In this document: in pieces, positions 1-10,055 of the stretch
Numbering within the stretch: position 1 is the stretch's first letter
How the letters are laid out: the number at the start of each line of letters is the position of its first letter
Assembly (NCBI GenBank): GCA_002168105.2
Contig: NHCD02000037.1
Coordinates: 35,105 to 99,104 of the forward strand
DNA length: 64,000 nucleotides
From: Phycisphaera sp. TMED24
Lineage (GTDB): Bacteria; Planctomycetota; Phycisphaerae; Phycisphaerales; SM1A02
Reading direction: 5' to 3'
Translations under genes and position numbers: made by a program
Notes under the pieces: generated by a model
The model's database searches: none
Told to the model about the DNA's origin: nothing
What the model saw: only the letters and a program-made list of their open reading frames with translations

Positions 1-658
1 TGAACGGAGTTGGGCTGTTGGGGATGAAGACGGTCACCATTTCGGTTTGCGTGAGGTTGCGGACCGTCTGGAGTGATGAACCGGTGGCAAATCCCAGACT
101 CCAAATACCCGGACGTGGGTACTCGATGACCACCGGACGTTCAAACTGCATGGCCCGTTCGCCACCACCCAGCACAAAGTCGACCAGTTGTTTGGCGGAA
201 GGATAAATCGCCCGCACAATTGGCAACCGAGCCAAAAAGACTTCAAATCGGCGCCACACCCATCGCCCAAGCATGCCTTGGAGGAAGGTCCCCAGCAACG
301 CGATGCCCAAAAGGGCCACGAGCAATCCGATGAGATCCAAGCCAAACTGGCTGGACCACCACTCGTCAATGTTCTCGGTCAACAATTCGGTTGTGGTCGG
401 AGGCTCGTCACCTCGCGTGGCCGCCCGGGTCTTGGCCAGTTCCATCTGTTCCTCTGAGGGCTGAAAGGCATCTCGAAGAGGAGGGAGGACATCAGCAGTC
501 CAGATCACTGCTTCACGGATTGAAGCGTTGATCGGAGCCGCAATGGTGTCGAAGGTAAATCTCCAAACCGTGGAGACGACCCAAATGGTGAGAAGGGTAG
601 GAAGCAGCGCGGCGATCCCACGTACGAATCGACTTTTCATACCTGCGGGTTTCGCCAT
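1..658 (-). CDS. DUF502 (COV1-like) membrane protein, 3' end truncated by the window edge
   Basis: Not in the ORF track; translated by hand from ATG at 658: MAKPAGMKSRFVRGIAALLPTLLTIWVV...RLPIVRAIYPSAKQLVDF...FERPVVIEYPRPGIWSLGFATG...VTVFIPNSPTPF. These are the typical DUF502 motifs. Confidence 0.85.
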   Translation of the reverse strand, partial: MAKPAGMKSRFVRGIAALLPTLLTIWVVSTVWRFTFDTIAAPINASIREAVIWTADVLPPLRDAFQPSEEQMELAKTRAATRGDEPPTTTELLTENIDEWWSSQFGLDLIGLLVALLGIALLGTFLQGMLGRWVWRRFEVFLARLPIVRAIYPSAKQLVDFVLGGGERAMQFERPVVIEYPRPGIWSLGFATGSSLQTVRNLTQTEMVTVFIPNSPTPF

Positions 659-662
659 GCTT

Positions 663-1250
663 CTATCGTATCTTTCGAAGGGCATCGGTGATGCTGATCT
701 CACCCTTGGCCAAGGCAACCAAGGTGTCGGGCAGCAGTTGGCACTCGGCTTCGAACACCCGGCCTGCCAAGATCTCAGCGGTGTCCCCTCGGTCTACGGG
801 GACCTTTATTTGGGCCAGAATGGGTCCCTCGTCGTAATTTTCAGTCACGACATGGATCGTGCAGCCGCTGACCTTCTCTGCGGCGGCAATGACCGCCTCG
901 TGCACGCTTTTTCCATACATGCCGTGCCCGCCGTACTCGGGAAGAAGAGAGGGATGGATGTTGACGGCGGGAACCGGGGCGGGTGTGGGGAACGGTCGTA
1001 TCCATCCCGCCAGGACCACGAGATCTGGAGCGAGTTCATTCAGAAGGTGATGGCACGATTCACAATCCTCGGCATCGATGTGATGCACAGGAAGATCATG
1101 CGATTCTGCGATCAGTTCGGCGTTGCAGGGGCGATGCACCACCAGTGCTTTGACTTCAAGGGGGAGTGATTCGCCCTCGATGCGTTGCAGGAGGTTCTGC
1201 AGGGTACGTCCGCGTCCCGAAGCAAATACCACAACCGAGAGGCGATTCAT
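663..1250 (-). CDS. purN: Phosphoribosylglycinamide formyltransferase
   Basis: VFASGRGRTLQ, DLVVLAGW, VNIHPSLLP.YGG.GMYG, SGCTIHVV..YDEGPILAQ. Start set at ATG 1250, which overlaps the upstream stop (ATGA). Confidence 0.95.
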   Translation of the reverse strand: MNRLSVVVFASGRGRTLQNLLQRIEGESLPLEVKALVVHRPCNAELIAESHDLPVHHIDAEDCESCHHLLNELAPDLVVLAGWIRPFPTPAPVPAVNIHPSLLPEYGGHGMYGKSVHEAVIAAAEKVSGCTIHVVTENYDEGPILAQIKVPVDRGDTAEILAGRVFEAECQLLPDTLVALAKGEISITDALRKIR

Positions 1251-1633
1251 GCCCCATTCCATGGGAAGGGTCGACCCTGTTCATCAACCGCCACCATGGT
1301 CAGACGGGCCGTCGTGACTTCTGCAGTTTCCCCGCTGTCCCACCGTTCCGCTTCGACTTTGACTTCAACTTCAAGTGATGATGTTCCGATGCGGCGGGGG
1401 CGCGTGAGCAACCGGACAAGGTCGCCCACTTTCACAGGCGATCGAAAATCCACCCGTTCAATCGAGGCGGTGACCCATCGACACTTGGCATGCCGTCGTG
1501 CTTCCACAAATCCTGCTTGGTCAATCCAAGAAAGAATGACCCCTCCGAAAATGGTGCCATAGACGTTGGTGTCTCTTGGCATCGGCATAAATCGAAGAGC
1601 GGGCTTGAATTCTGCTGGGTCGGGACTGTTCAT
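1247..1633 (-). CDS. Acyl-CoA thioesterase (hotdog fold, YciA-like)
   Basis: MPRDTNVYGTIFGGVILSWIDQAG, VTASIERVDFRSPVKVGD, GTSSLEVEV, TMVAVDEQGRP. Confidence 0.92.
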   Translation of the reverse strand: MNSPDPAEFKPALRFMPMPRDTNVYGTIFGGVILSWIDQAGFVEARRHAKCRWVTASIERVDFRSPVKVGDLVRLLTRPRRIGTSSLEVEVKVEAERWDSGETAEVTTARLTMVAVDEQGRPFPWNGA

Positions 1634-2715
1634 GATTCATTGTCGGTTAAGGGTTGAAGAATGGCACATTCCACCGAAATTTGCTGATCCCCTGGGGCGA
1701 ACAAGAGCCATTCTCCATTGGGGATCGGACATGGCAGACGAAGACCCCCAGAAATCGGAACGCCACTGGAAGGGGTCAATAGAGAAACCCGGCGCACGAC
1801 AGTGCTCTGCACGCTCATGCCGAATCTTGGATCGTTGGGATCGGTCACAAACGCGAGGACCCCTGGTGGGAAATCAAAAATGGGGTAGGGCGGTTCCCAA
1901 AGACGAACCCGCTGACGCGCCGGATCCCAAAAAACGCAGCGGGCAGGACCTGGAGCGGTGGCATCAAATTGTCGAAAGGTGCTCGTGGTGGCAATGGTGG
2001 CCTTCGAACCTCCAGATTCGGCAATGCGGAGGGGGAGCGCGGTTCGGCGCAGAGCGGCAGAATCTCCAACATCAGTCCGAAATCGAACAAGATCCAGAGC
2101 ACCATCCCGCACCCGCCAACAAAAGAGGGTTCCGTTGGGACCTTGCCATCTTGGCCCATGCCAAGTCGCGGTGTCATCTTCCAATCGCAACGTGGCGGAC
2201 GGGGTGCGTACCACCAAGTCGCCTTTTTGGATGAATGCAATGCTGTCGTCTGGGCCCAAGTCCAAATCGCTGGAATTTTGCTCGGCGAACCATTCCACTG
2301 TTCCGCCGACCCACGACGCTCGACCTACCCGCTCACCATCCATCACAGCAAATCCAACGTCGTCGACGCTCCGACCAAATCGAATCGGTCCGGGAACCCG
2401 GCCAAGGATCATTGGATCGTCCAGTCGATTGTTGGGGATGGATCGAATCAACACGTCTCCCGGGCGTTCGGGATCGGCCATGGCCATTCGATCACCTTCG
2501 GGTGAGACCACAGGAAGATCCCCGGTCCATTCGGTTTGACCGCGTGGCTCCACAGCAATGCGAAAAGCTTGCGAAGTCGTTGGCGTGGCCTCAAGGTCGA
2601 ATTCAGTTGGTTCGGGGGCTTGGACGACGGTTGAGGATGTCGAGGCGCATCCCCACAACGAGATTCCGGTGGTTAGCAGCAGACAGAACTTGCGAGGCGG
2701 GCGAGTCGTGATCAC
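1630..2715 (-). CDS. Hypothetical lipoprotein, beta-rich (possibly TolB-like propeller), coupled to gspD
   Basis: Basic N-terminus, hydrophobic stretch and lipobox LWGC; PVVSPEGDRMA resembles a PD40/TolB repeat; GTGA overlap with the gspD stop. Confidence 0.65.
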   Translation of the reverse strand: MITTRPPRKFCLLLTTGISLWGCASTSSTVVQAPEPTEFDLEATPTTSQAFRIAVEPRGQTEWTGDLPVVSPEGDRMAMADPERPGDVLIRSIPNNRLDDPMILGRVPGPIRFGRSVDDVGFAVMDGERVGRASWVGGTVEWFAEQNSSDLDLGPDDSIAFIQKGDLVVRTPSATLRLEDDTATWHGPRWQGPNGTLFCWRVRDGALDLVRFRTDVGDSAALRRTALPLRIAESGGSKATIATTSTFRQFDATAPGPARCVFWDPARQRVRLWEPPYPIFDFPPGVLAFVTDPNDPRFGMSVQSTVVRRVSLLTPSSGVPISGGLRLPCPIPNGEWLLFAPGDQQISVECAILQPLTDNES

Positions 2716-5195
2716 TCGGTACCAACCCCGGTGGGCTCCCCAACGCCTCGGCCAGTGTCGTCCCTGGTTTCTGCGGCTTCACGCTGTTCGGCGAGTGGGG
2801 CACGCATTTCTTCCAAGCGATCTCGATAGTCCTGCTGGAAGTTCTGATCGTTTTCGTCGGGGTTGTCCACCACACGTGGGGTGACAAAGGCGATGATCTC
2901 TTTGCGATTGACGGTGTTGTCTCGACTGGTGAACAGTTCTCCGAACACTGGAATGTCTCCCAGAAGGGGAACCTTGCGGGTCAAAGTTGTCTCTTCTTCT
3001 TTCAGCAAGCCAGACAGAATGATGGTTTGGCCATTCTTCACCACAATGTTGGTGGTGGTTTGACGGCGATCAACGGTTGGTCCACCGTCGTTGATGGCTG
3101 GACCGATTTTTGAAAGTTCCAAACGGATGTCCATGTCGACATCTTTTTGTGCTGTGATACGTGGCCGGGCATTGAGGACCAGGCCAACAGAACGGTATTC
3201 GAAGCTCTGGGTTCCGCCGGCCGTGCCAGCGTTGGCAATCACCTGATTCGCAAAGGGGAATTCAGATCCATCAAAGAAGAACGCCTCTTGGTTGTCCGCG
3301 GTGAAGACCACGGGATTCTGCATCACTCGAACATTGGTCACTTGGGCCAAAGCTTGCAACACAGTGTCGGCACTGAATTCAGCTGAGAGTGTGCCAGAGT
3401 CAAACAACCCCAAGACATCAAATTCCTTGGTCGCAGGATTGGTGGTGTTCACTCCAAGAGCAAGGGCGTTGTCGCCATTTTCAATCGCAAGGCCGGTGGC
3501 ACTCATCCGCAAGCCAAGGTTCAGCTCGTCATTGAGTTCGACTTCTGCGATCACAACCGAGAGTTCAACCTGACGGCCGGGTCGGTCAAAGAAGGTGACG
3601 AGATCCCGCAACGCCTCTTCTTGAGGGCGGGGGGCCAAAACGGCAAGCGCGTTTTGTCGGGAGATAGGCACGATCCGTGCTTTCCCGATGAGTGGTGACT
3701 CTGGGGTGTATTCCTCGTTGCCTCGGCCTCCACGTTGCCAAGGGAAGGTCACGGTCTCAGCGTTTTGCCCGCTTTGATCCGTGCCGGTCCCACCATTGGC
3801 CAACTGGTCGATCGATTGACCTGACAGGCCTTGTTCTGGTCTGGTGATCGTGGCCTGAACGCCAGGCTCCGAGAGCAGTGCGTTGAGCTGTTCGGCCAAC
3901 TCAAATGCATCGGCATGCTTGAGTTCGACCACAAAAGGAAGACCAATTGAAGTTGGTTGGTCCAGGCTTTCCAGCACGTGCTCGAGGAAATTCAAGGAGT
4001 CTCGGGTTTTCGAGAAGACCAGCAGTTGGTAGGTCTCAGGGTAGGACTCAATGCGGTAAATGCCGCTCAGTGCATCCTCCACAGAGGAGCCACCTTGTTG
4101 GCCAGAACGGCCCCGAGCGGTTCCACCACCACCACCAGTACCTTGACCGAGCAGACTGTTGAGCTTTTCAGCCACCTTGACAGGGTCGGTGTAGCGAAGG
4201 GTGAACAGCTTGGTGGTTCCAAGGTCGCGCGGAAGATCCCACTCGCTTGTGATCAATCGATCTACTTCGCGCAGAACCGCCGGTTCTCCGGAAATGGTTA
4301 AAGAGTTCTGGGGCACGTTGACGGTGATTCGAAGTTCGATTTCCGCACCAAGTGAACCGCCGTCCACCCGCGGGGTGGTGACGTTGTTTCGACCGGCGGA
4401 TCGAGTTTGGGTGCGGCCTCGAGAGGCGTTCCCGGATGACGACCCATCCGATTCGAACAGATCGGTAACGTTGGCTGCCACCGCCTCGGCGTCAGCGTGT
4501 CGAAGCCGCCAAGTACGGGTTTCGGGACGGACAAATCGGTTGTCCAGTTCCGCAACGATCTGCTGCACGTGCTGGCAGTAGGCAATGTCCGCGTAGACCA
4601 CGAGTTGGTTGCTGGAGCCATCAATCTCGATGCTGACGTTGTCCGGCAGGCTGGCAGTCAGAATGGGTTCAACGGCGTCGACTTTGACATTTTCTAGACG
4701 GAAAATTTTGGCCACATACGAACCAAGGTCTTGTCGCAACATCACGTCGTCGTCGGCCGTCAGCACTGGCTGTTGACGGAGTTTGGCGATGTCATCGAGA
4801 TCGCCAATGAGGATGACGTCTTCACGCTCGATGGTGCCGATGTCGTTCAGGACCAACGCCCGGAAAATCAAATCCAAAGCCTTGCTTCGTTGCATTGGGC
4901 GATGGGTGATGACCGTGAATTTTTTGGACCCAATATTTCCCACCGGAAGAATGGTCTTTCCGGTGAGTTCACCAATACGGTAAAGAATGTCTTCGACGGG
5001 CTGGTCGACGATCTCCATAGGAGGCACTTCGTCGTTGGGCAGTTCCACCCGGCCGGGAGGTGTGATCAGCATGGTCGTCGAGGATTCACTTGCGCTTTCC
5101 GACTCGGCCTCCTGGGCGTGGACAGAGACGGTGCACGCCAAGGCGCTCAGCGTGGTGGCGAAAGTGAGGGTTGGCAAAGTGAAGTGGACATTCAT
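2712..5195 (-). CDS. gspD: Type II secretion system secretin GspD
   Basis: Signal peptide; N-domains (LRHADAEAVAANV, LRYTDPVKVAEKL, LKHADAFELAEQL); secretin domain (RQVELSVVIAEV, DNQEAFFFDG, GLVLNARPRI, VKNGQTIILSGLL, KVPLLGDIPVFGELF). Confidence 0.93.
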   Translation of the reverse strand: MNVHFTLPTLTFATTLSALACTVSVHAQEAESESASESSTTMLITPPGRVELPNDEVPPMEIVDQPVEDILYRIGELTGKTILPVGNIGSKKFTVITHRPMQRSKALDLIFRALVLNDIGTIEREDVILIGDLDDIAKLRQQPVLTADDDVMLRQDLGSYVAKIFRLENVKVDAVEPILTASLPDNVSIEIDGSSNQLVVYADIAYCQHVQQIVAELDNRFVRPETRTWRLRHADAEAVAANVTDLFESDGSSSGNASRGRTQTRSAGRNNVTTPRVDGGSLGAEIELRITVNVPQNSLTISGEPAVLREVDRLITSEWDLPRDLGTTKLFTLRYTDPVKVAEKLNSLLGQGTGGGGGTARGRSGQQGGSSVEDALSGIYRIESYPETYQLLVFSKTRDSLNFLEHVLESLDQPTSIGLPFVVELKHADAFELAEQLNALLSEPGVQATITRPEQGLSGQSIDQLANGGTGTDQSGQNAETVTFPWQRGGRGNEEYTPESPLIGKARIVPISRQNALAVLAPRPQEEALRDLVTFFDRPGRQVELSVVIAEVELNDELNLGLRMSATGLAIENGDNALALGVNTTNPATKEFDVLGLFDSGTLSAEFSADTVLQALAQVTNVRVMQNPVVFTADNQEAFFFDGSEFPFANQVIANAGTAGGTQSFEYRSVGLVLNARPRITAQKDVDMDIRLELSKIGPAINDGGPTVDRRQTTTNIVVKNGQTIILSGLLKEEETTLTRKVPLLGDIPVFGELFTSRDNTVNRKEIIAFVTPRVVDNPDENDQNFQQDYRDRLEEMRAPLAEQREAAETRDDTGRGVGEPTGVGTE

Positions 5196-5259
5196 GGCTG
5201 GTGTTGATCTCAAAGAGTGAGTCGAAATGGTTCAGGCTCAGGTGATGTTGTTCGGGAAC

Positions 5260-5931
5260 TTATTCGTCAGGGATTTCTGGTTCAGGTGAGGATGAGGGAG
5301 AGGGCTCTTCTTCATCGTCGGAAACTTCGACGGGTGGATCGGGTTCGTCGGGGATCGACAATGCTTCCAGATCTCCTTGCCCACTGTTGCGGGCGGGTTT
5401 GAACAGGTCGCTGTCTTCTCCCCGGGGCCGGAGTGGGACATCCCATTCTTTGCCTCGGTACTCAACCCGGAAGCTGTAGGGGGCGTCTTCAACTCCCACG
5501 AGGGTTACTCCGCGTGATGCTTCACCAATGCGAATGCGGTCATCGCTGGAGAACCAAAGATTATCGCCGTCAAATGCGATTGGTTTGGGTCCGGTGTATG
5601 AAGTGGGTTCGGGGGGCGTCACCGGCGCGGGGGGGCGAACGGATTCGGGCCGCGTGGTGGGAGGTGTCACTGGTCGTGGTGGTGTAACTGGTCTTGGGCG
5701 CCGGGGCTGCGGAGGGGTGTGGAAAGCGGAGCGTCCAGCGAATCGATTTTCCCACGTGGTTCGGGCATCGTCGTGGGCATCACGAAGCGATTCGAGTTTG
5801 GCCAAAGCATTTTCGTCGCCAACCGCAGGAGCACTCAGAAGCGCGTTGATCGGGGATCGAGCCAGCACCAAGAAAGCGAGCAGTCCAACCACCAAGCCAC
5901 CGATGGACATGTTGAGGTCACGGGTGTTCAT
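5260..5931 (-). CDS. Bitopic membrane protein with Pro-rich linker; positional GspC candidate
   Basis: N-terminal TM, PRRPRPVTPPRPVTPP linker, small beta domain, acidic tail; lies between the GspM-like gene and gspD. ATG 5931 overlaps the upstream stop. Confidence 0.55.
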   Translation of the reverse strand: MNTRDLNMSIGGLVVGLLAFLVLARSPINALLSAPAVGDENALAKLESLRDAHDDARTTWENRFAGRSAFHTPPQPRRPRPVTPPRPVTPPTTRPESVRPPAPVTPPEPTSYTGPKPIAFDGDNLWFSSDDRIRIGEASRGVTLVGVEDAPYSFRVEYRGKEWDVPLRPRGEDSDLFKPARNSGQGDLEALSIPDEPDPPVEVSDDEEEPSPSSSPEPEIPDE

Positions 5932-6530
5932 GCGCCCCTCCTTACCGAAGCCAAAGCCCAACGCTCCATCGAGCAGGAGACGGCGATTCTTCCTCCGTCT
6001 TCTTTGGTCATTCGTACTTCGGTGACCAGATCCACAGAAGGGGAACCTTCAAGACGGCCCAGGATGCGAATCGCGTCTTCGGTGGTGGCCACAAATTGGT
6101 ACTCAGCAGTGACCCGTTGCACAGCGCCGTCTCGGCCAAGCATGCGCCGGGCTTCGGATTTGGGAATCATGGCGCCAACGCCCTGGCGGAAGGTGTCCTC
6201 CCGGATGGCGTTACCAAATTCTTCACGGATGTCGTTGATCAAACCCAGCAAACTCGATCCGGCCTCGTTCTCGTTGGGCGGCGCGGCCACTTCACCGAAC
6301 GCAACGATCAAATCGCCGGTTGCATTTCGATCTTTGCGTTCGGCACGACCGAGCCGGACGGCCAAGTCGGCCCCGTCGGAAAGTCGCTTGGCATCAGATT
6401 CGATGCGATCAGCTTTCATGTGCATCTCACTGGCCACGGGGCCCAGCAGCGATGACCAGAGGCCAAACGCGATCATGACTGCGATGGCCGGAAGGCCGAA
6501 GGTCAGAACAGGGGACTTTTGTTCGCTCAT
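5928..6530 (-). CDS. GspM/PilO-like assembly-platform protein
   Basis: N-terminal TM, coiled coil, C-terminal ferredoxin-like pattern (YQFVATTEDAIRILGRLE...VTEVRM); position in the T2SS cluster. Confidence 0.6.
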   Translation of the reverse strand: MSEQKSPVLTFGLPAIAVMIAFGLWSSLLGPVASEMHMKADRIESDAKRLSDGADLAVRLGRAERKDRNATGDLIVAFGEVAAPPNENEAGSSLLGLINDIREEFGNAIREDTFRQGVGAMIPKSEARRMLGRDGAVQRVTAEYQFVATTEDAIRILGRLEGSPSVDLVTEVRMTKEDGGRIAVSCSMERWALASVRRGA

Positions 6531-8440
6531 CGGTTGTTGCCCTCTCGACTTCGGTTCAAAAGTTCGCTGCGAAGGTCTTTCCAGCTGGCTTGGATCTGCA
6601 AGAACAGAGCGTGCTGGGGGTTGTCTTCTTTGCTGGCACCGTTTTGGCGAAGCAAGTTGTACGCGGTAGAGAACGTTTTGATTTCTGCGGTGATTTCATC
6701 TCGGGACAGGGCTTGCACCTGAGTCAAGGAAAGTGGCTGAGGAATCAGATTGGGATCAACCATCGATCCGCCACGATCACTGGCATCCGCCATGGATGCG
6801 GTATCGCTTTCGCCTCCAGCAAGGCCGGGGCGATTGAGGCGGGCTTCGATTTCCCCTCGGCTGTCGTTGGTGTTTGACTCTTCCGAGGCACCAGTGTTGC
6901 TTGGCGGGGCCGTGGCGGTTGAATCAGTTGCGGCTGCGGTGGCAGTTGATTCATCGGAATCGGTTGAGCCGTCATCCGTTTGACCCTCGGGGAACGCGTC
7001 GGGATACATCCGTGCGGCCAAGGAGTAGGCCGCGAAGTCGCGGTCTCGTTCGTACATCACATCTTTGTGTGGTTTGTCAATTCGGCCGGACAGCGTGAAC
7101 TCCAGGTGGCCGAACGCATCAGGTTCTTCCCAGTTCAAACTGATGCGGCTGAACATCCGATCCTGTCCAAGCTGTTGCCGCATGGACTCGATCACATCGG
7201 TGGCCGAAACTCCGGCCGATCGATCAGGGATGGATTTCCCGGTCAGGGAGAAACTTGCGTCCCGAGTGTTCATCCTGACGCCTTCCACACGAATGCCTCG
7301 GGGCAGGTTGGTGAACAAATCCGAAAGGACTTTCACCGCACTGAATCCAGTGTTGCCCAGGGTGTCGTAATGGGCCAAGGATCGTTCGAGCGCATCGGCG
7401 TCCTGAACCATGCTCGCGAGCTCCGCATTGCGCGATTCCACCACACTGAGTCGGGTCCAGGCAGACACGATGGGGCCAAAGATCAAGATCAAGGCGGCGA
7501 CCGCCACAATGAGTCGTGCTGTTCGGGGGACGGAAAGGGTGGCCGTCAACCGTGCTTGGAAATCAGGATTGTCGGTGGGCATGGCATCCCGGAGGCCAGC
7601 CAACCCGACCCCTTGGGGATCAATAAGCAGAGCACCAATCAGGATGCCGTGCGTCCCCAACTCGCCGCTGGAAAGGCCGGTTTGTTCCTGGAGCTCCGAG
7701 GCGACCTCATGGGGCAGAATGGTGATTGATCCGCTGAGGGAGGCCAACCCTGTGTGCAGGGCTTCTCCAGCCGCAGCCGCCCAAGAGTCGGGCGCTCCGG
7801 AACCCACGGCTGATTCTTGGAACGCGCGACCAACGGATGCAGGCCAATGCTCTCCGGCAGGCAGAAGGACATTCCGGAAGCCAACACCTCCGGCGTGGGA
7901 CCACGCAAAGGTCACGCTGCCGGTTTGGCTGTCAGCATGCACCAATGGACCAGTAGGTCGGTGGGCCCCCATCAAGCCCGCAAGTCCCGCGGCGGGGGTG
8001 GTCCAGCGAATTGGAATTTCTGTTTGCTCTGCGAGCTCAGCCAGTGCATTGGCTTGCATTTGGACAGGCCAACTGGTCAGGACGCCTACACGGTTGCTTT
8101 CGCCCGGGGCAGCTGGGAGCAAGCCTCGCCCCATCCGGTGCTCGGGGTGCTCGGAGCCCAACAGCGCTTCCGATTGAATTGCGAGGGCCGGCAAGAGATC
8201 TTGGTCGGTGCCGCCTGGGAGCAGAGCGGTTCGCACCACCATCGAGGATCCGGGCAGCATGATCAGAACGCCGACAGCATCGGATTCTGAGACCATGGCC
8301 AATACAGAAGAGGTATCGGGCTCCAGTTCGCGGATGGTTGCCGAACGAACATGGCCATTTTGTCGCTCAACCGTCACCGCTCTGAGGTGGGTGCCGTCGG
8401 TTTGCAGGGCCAGGATGGTGCCATCAGTGGGAAAAGTCAT
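6527..8440 (-). CDS. GspL-like (PilM+PilN-type) protein with a long acidic C-terminal extension
   Basis: Actin-like N-terminus (LALQTDGTHLRAV, LIMLPGSSMVVR..LP), central TM, coiled coil, PilN-like VLSDLFTNLPRGIRVEGV..FSLTG. ATG 8440 overlaps the gspK stop. Confidence 0.7.
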   Translation of the reverse strand: MTFPTDGTILALQTDGTHLRAVTVERQNGHVRSATIRELEPDTSSVLAMVSESDAVGVLIMLPGSSMVVRTALLPGGTDQDLLPALAIQSEALLGSEHPEHRMGRGLLPAAPGESNRVGVLTSWPVQMQANALAELAEQTEIPIRWTTPAAGLAGLMGAHRPTGPLVHADSQTGSVTFAWSHAGGVGFRNVLLPAGEHWPASVGRAFQESAVGSGAPDSWAAAAGEALHTGLASLSGSITILPHEVASELQEQTGLSSGELGTHGILIGALLIDPQGVGLAGLRDAMPTDNPDFQARLTATLSVPRTARLIVAVAALILIFGPIVSAWTRLSVVESRNAELASMVQDADALERSLAHYDTLGNTGFSAVKVLSDLFTNLPRGIRVEGVRMNTRDASFSLTGKSIPDRSAGVSATDVIESMRQQLGQDRMFSRISLNWEEPDAFGHLEFTLSGRIDKPHKDVMYERDRDFAAYSLAARMYPDAFPEGQTDDGSTDSDESTATAAATDSTATAPPSNTGASEESNTNDSRGEIEARLNRPGLAGGESDTASMADASDRGGSMVDPNLIPQPLSLTQVQALSRDEITAEIKTFSTAYNLLRQNGASKEDNPQHALFLQIQASWKDLRSELLNRSREGNNR

Positions 8441-9891
8441 GGTTCTCGGTACTCGATGATGCGTACGGGAATAGTGGAACGATCCACCAAGCAAATGATT
8501 TCCTGTTCGAGGCCAGAGACCTCAGAAGTGCCAATCGATGAAATCCGGAACACATTGCTGCGGGTGTCCAGCGACCGAAGAAGCCATTGTCGGGTCTGGT
8601 TTGCCAATTGGCCAGTTGGACCAGAGTTCCCCATGCTTTCATCCACCGTTTCGGCCAAATCGGTGACTCCTTCGGCCATGGCATTTCTCATAAAAATGAG
8701 TTGCTGGGCGTCGGTTTCTTCCAGCTGTCGGGCGCGGAATAGGGCAATCAACAGCGATTCGGAAACCGTATTGATGTTGATGGGTCCAGGGCGTTTTTCG
8801 TACGCAGGAAAAAGTGTGCATTCAGAGATGACGGCCAAGATTTGTTCTTCTTCCAGGTCGAGCTGGTTCACATTCGCCGCGTTCTGATTTTGCCCTTGCC
8901 CTTGCCCTGACGCAGAACCTCCAGCCAAACTCGAGAGCGATTGAATTTGCAGGTCAGTCAGATGGAGATCGTCCGATCCGCGTGACCAGTTCTGAAGGGC
9001 TTGGGCTTGCTCCGGTGTGATACCAAGGCGATCTTGAAGATCCCCCAGGTCGCAATACTGCAGTCGCAAGCGTGGCAGGCCAGAATCAGTCACACCATCT
9101 GCAACCGATGTCACGGTGAGCCAACCCGCCCATGCCCCATCAAGCCAGCCGTCTGCGTCATCTTCAGGGGGAGATTTGTCCCCGTCGTTTTCATTTGGAT
9201 CCAAGCGGCCATCGAGATCCCAGTCTTCACCTCGAACGTAGTCCGGCCACATTCCCGCGACCAACTCCATTTCGGTAATGGAACGAAGGGGTTCGTTGCG
9301 AGGGCTGTAACTGTAGTTTGCGTCGTAGTAATCCGATTCAGCCCCGAACATGGTGGGTTCGTCGTCTTCATCAATCCAGTCACGCAAGGCAGCGTATTGG
9401 TCTTCACTCATGTCTCGGTTCATGCCGGGCATGGGTTCCTCAAAGAGAGGGAACAAAAGGCCAAGGTTTTCCTCATCGTTGATATTGAGACGGGCGTGTT
9501 CATCGAGAGGCTCGCCAAAGTCCATGCCTTCACGGTGGTGACGGATATCCCACGAGGCATTTTCGGTTTGGCCGATACTGGCCAGTCGCAACTCACGGAA
9601 CACACTGAAGGCGTCGGTTGGCTCGGGAGTGGTGGCATCCCAGGAAAGAGCGGCAACCACGGATTCGACCCCGGCTCGGGCGGCCCATCGGGCTTGGGTG
9701 CGTTGGAGCACCTCATGTCCAAGATGCGCTTGGCGGAACGAGACCAGCTGGATGCTGGTCGCTGTAAGTGCGGCAATGACCACACTCCACATGGCGAGCA
9801 ACACGCTGACACCACGACGGCATTGGGGCGATTGCGAAGGTCGATGACCGACAGGTGGGTGGTTCCGAGATGGTGAGGGCTGTGAGATCAT
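8437..9891 (-). CDS. gspK: Type II secretion minor pseudopilin GspK
   Basis: RRG|VSVLLAMW (no E5), QARWAARAGV, DEHARLNIN, ALRDWIDEDD, GAESDYY, PRNEPLRSITEMELVAG, ININT, RSNVFRISSIG. Confidence 0.9.
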   Translation of the reverse strand: MISQPSPSRNHPPVGHRPSQSPQCRRGVSVLLAMWSVVIAALTATSIQLVSFRQAHLGHEVLQRTQARWAARAGVESVVAALSWDATTPEPTDAFSVFRELRLASIGQTENASWDIRHHREGMDFGEPLDEHARLNINDEENLGLLFPLFEEPMPGMNRDMSEDQYAALRDWIDEDDEPTMFGAESDYYDANYSYSPRNEPLRSITEMELVAGMWPDYVRGEDWDLDGRLDPNENDGDKSPPEDDADGWLDGAWAGWLTVTSVADGVTDSGLPRLRLQYCDLGDLQDRLGITPEQAQALQNWSRGSDDLHLTDLQIQSLSSLAGGSASGQGQGQNQNAANVNQLDLEEEQILAVISECTLFPAYEKRPGPININTVSESLLIALFRARQLEETDAQQLIFMRNAMAEGVTDLAETVDESMGNSGPTGQLANQTRQWLLRSLDTRSNVFRISSIGTSEVSGLEQEIICLVDRSTIPVRIIEYREP

Positions 9892-10055
9892 CTTGGACCA
9901 CCCCCAAAGCCCCCACCGTTGTTGGGAGTAGGTCGGCCACCGCCACCACCATTGGTGGGGCGTCCACCACCTCCACCGGTTGGACGGCCGCCGCCTCCGC
10001 CAGTTGGTCGGCCACCGCCACCGCCGATGCCTGGTCGACCGCCACCGCCGGGTTG
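9888..10055 (-). repeat. Protein-level repeat (GGGGGRPT-like x5) at the GspJ C-terminus
   Basis: PGGGGRPGIGGGGGRPTGGGGGRPTGGGGGRPTNGGGGGRPTPNNGGG; the DNA copies differ at synonymous positions. Confidence 0.85.
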
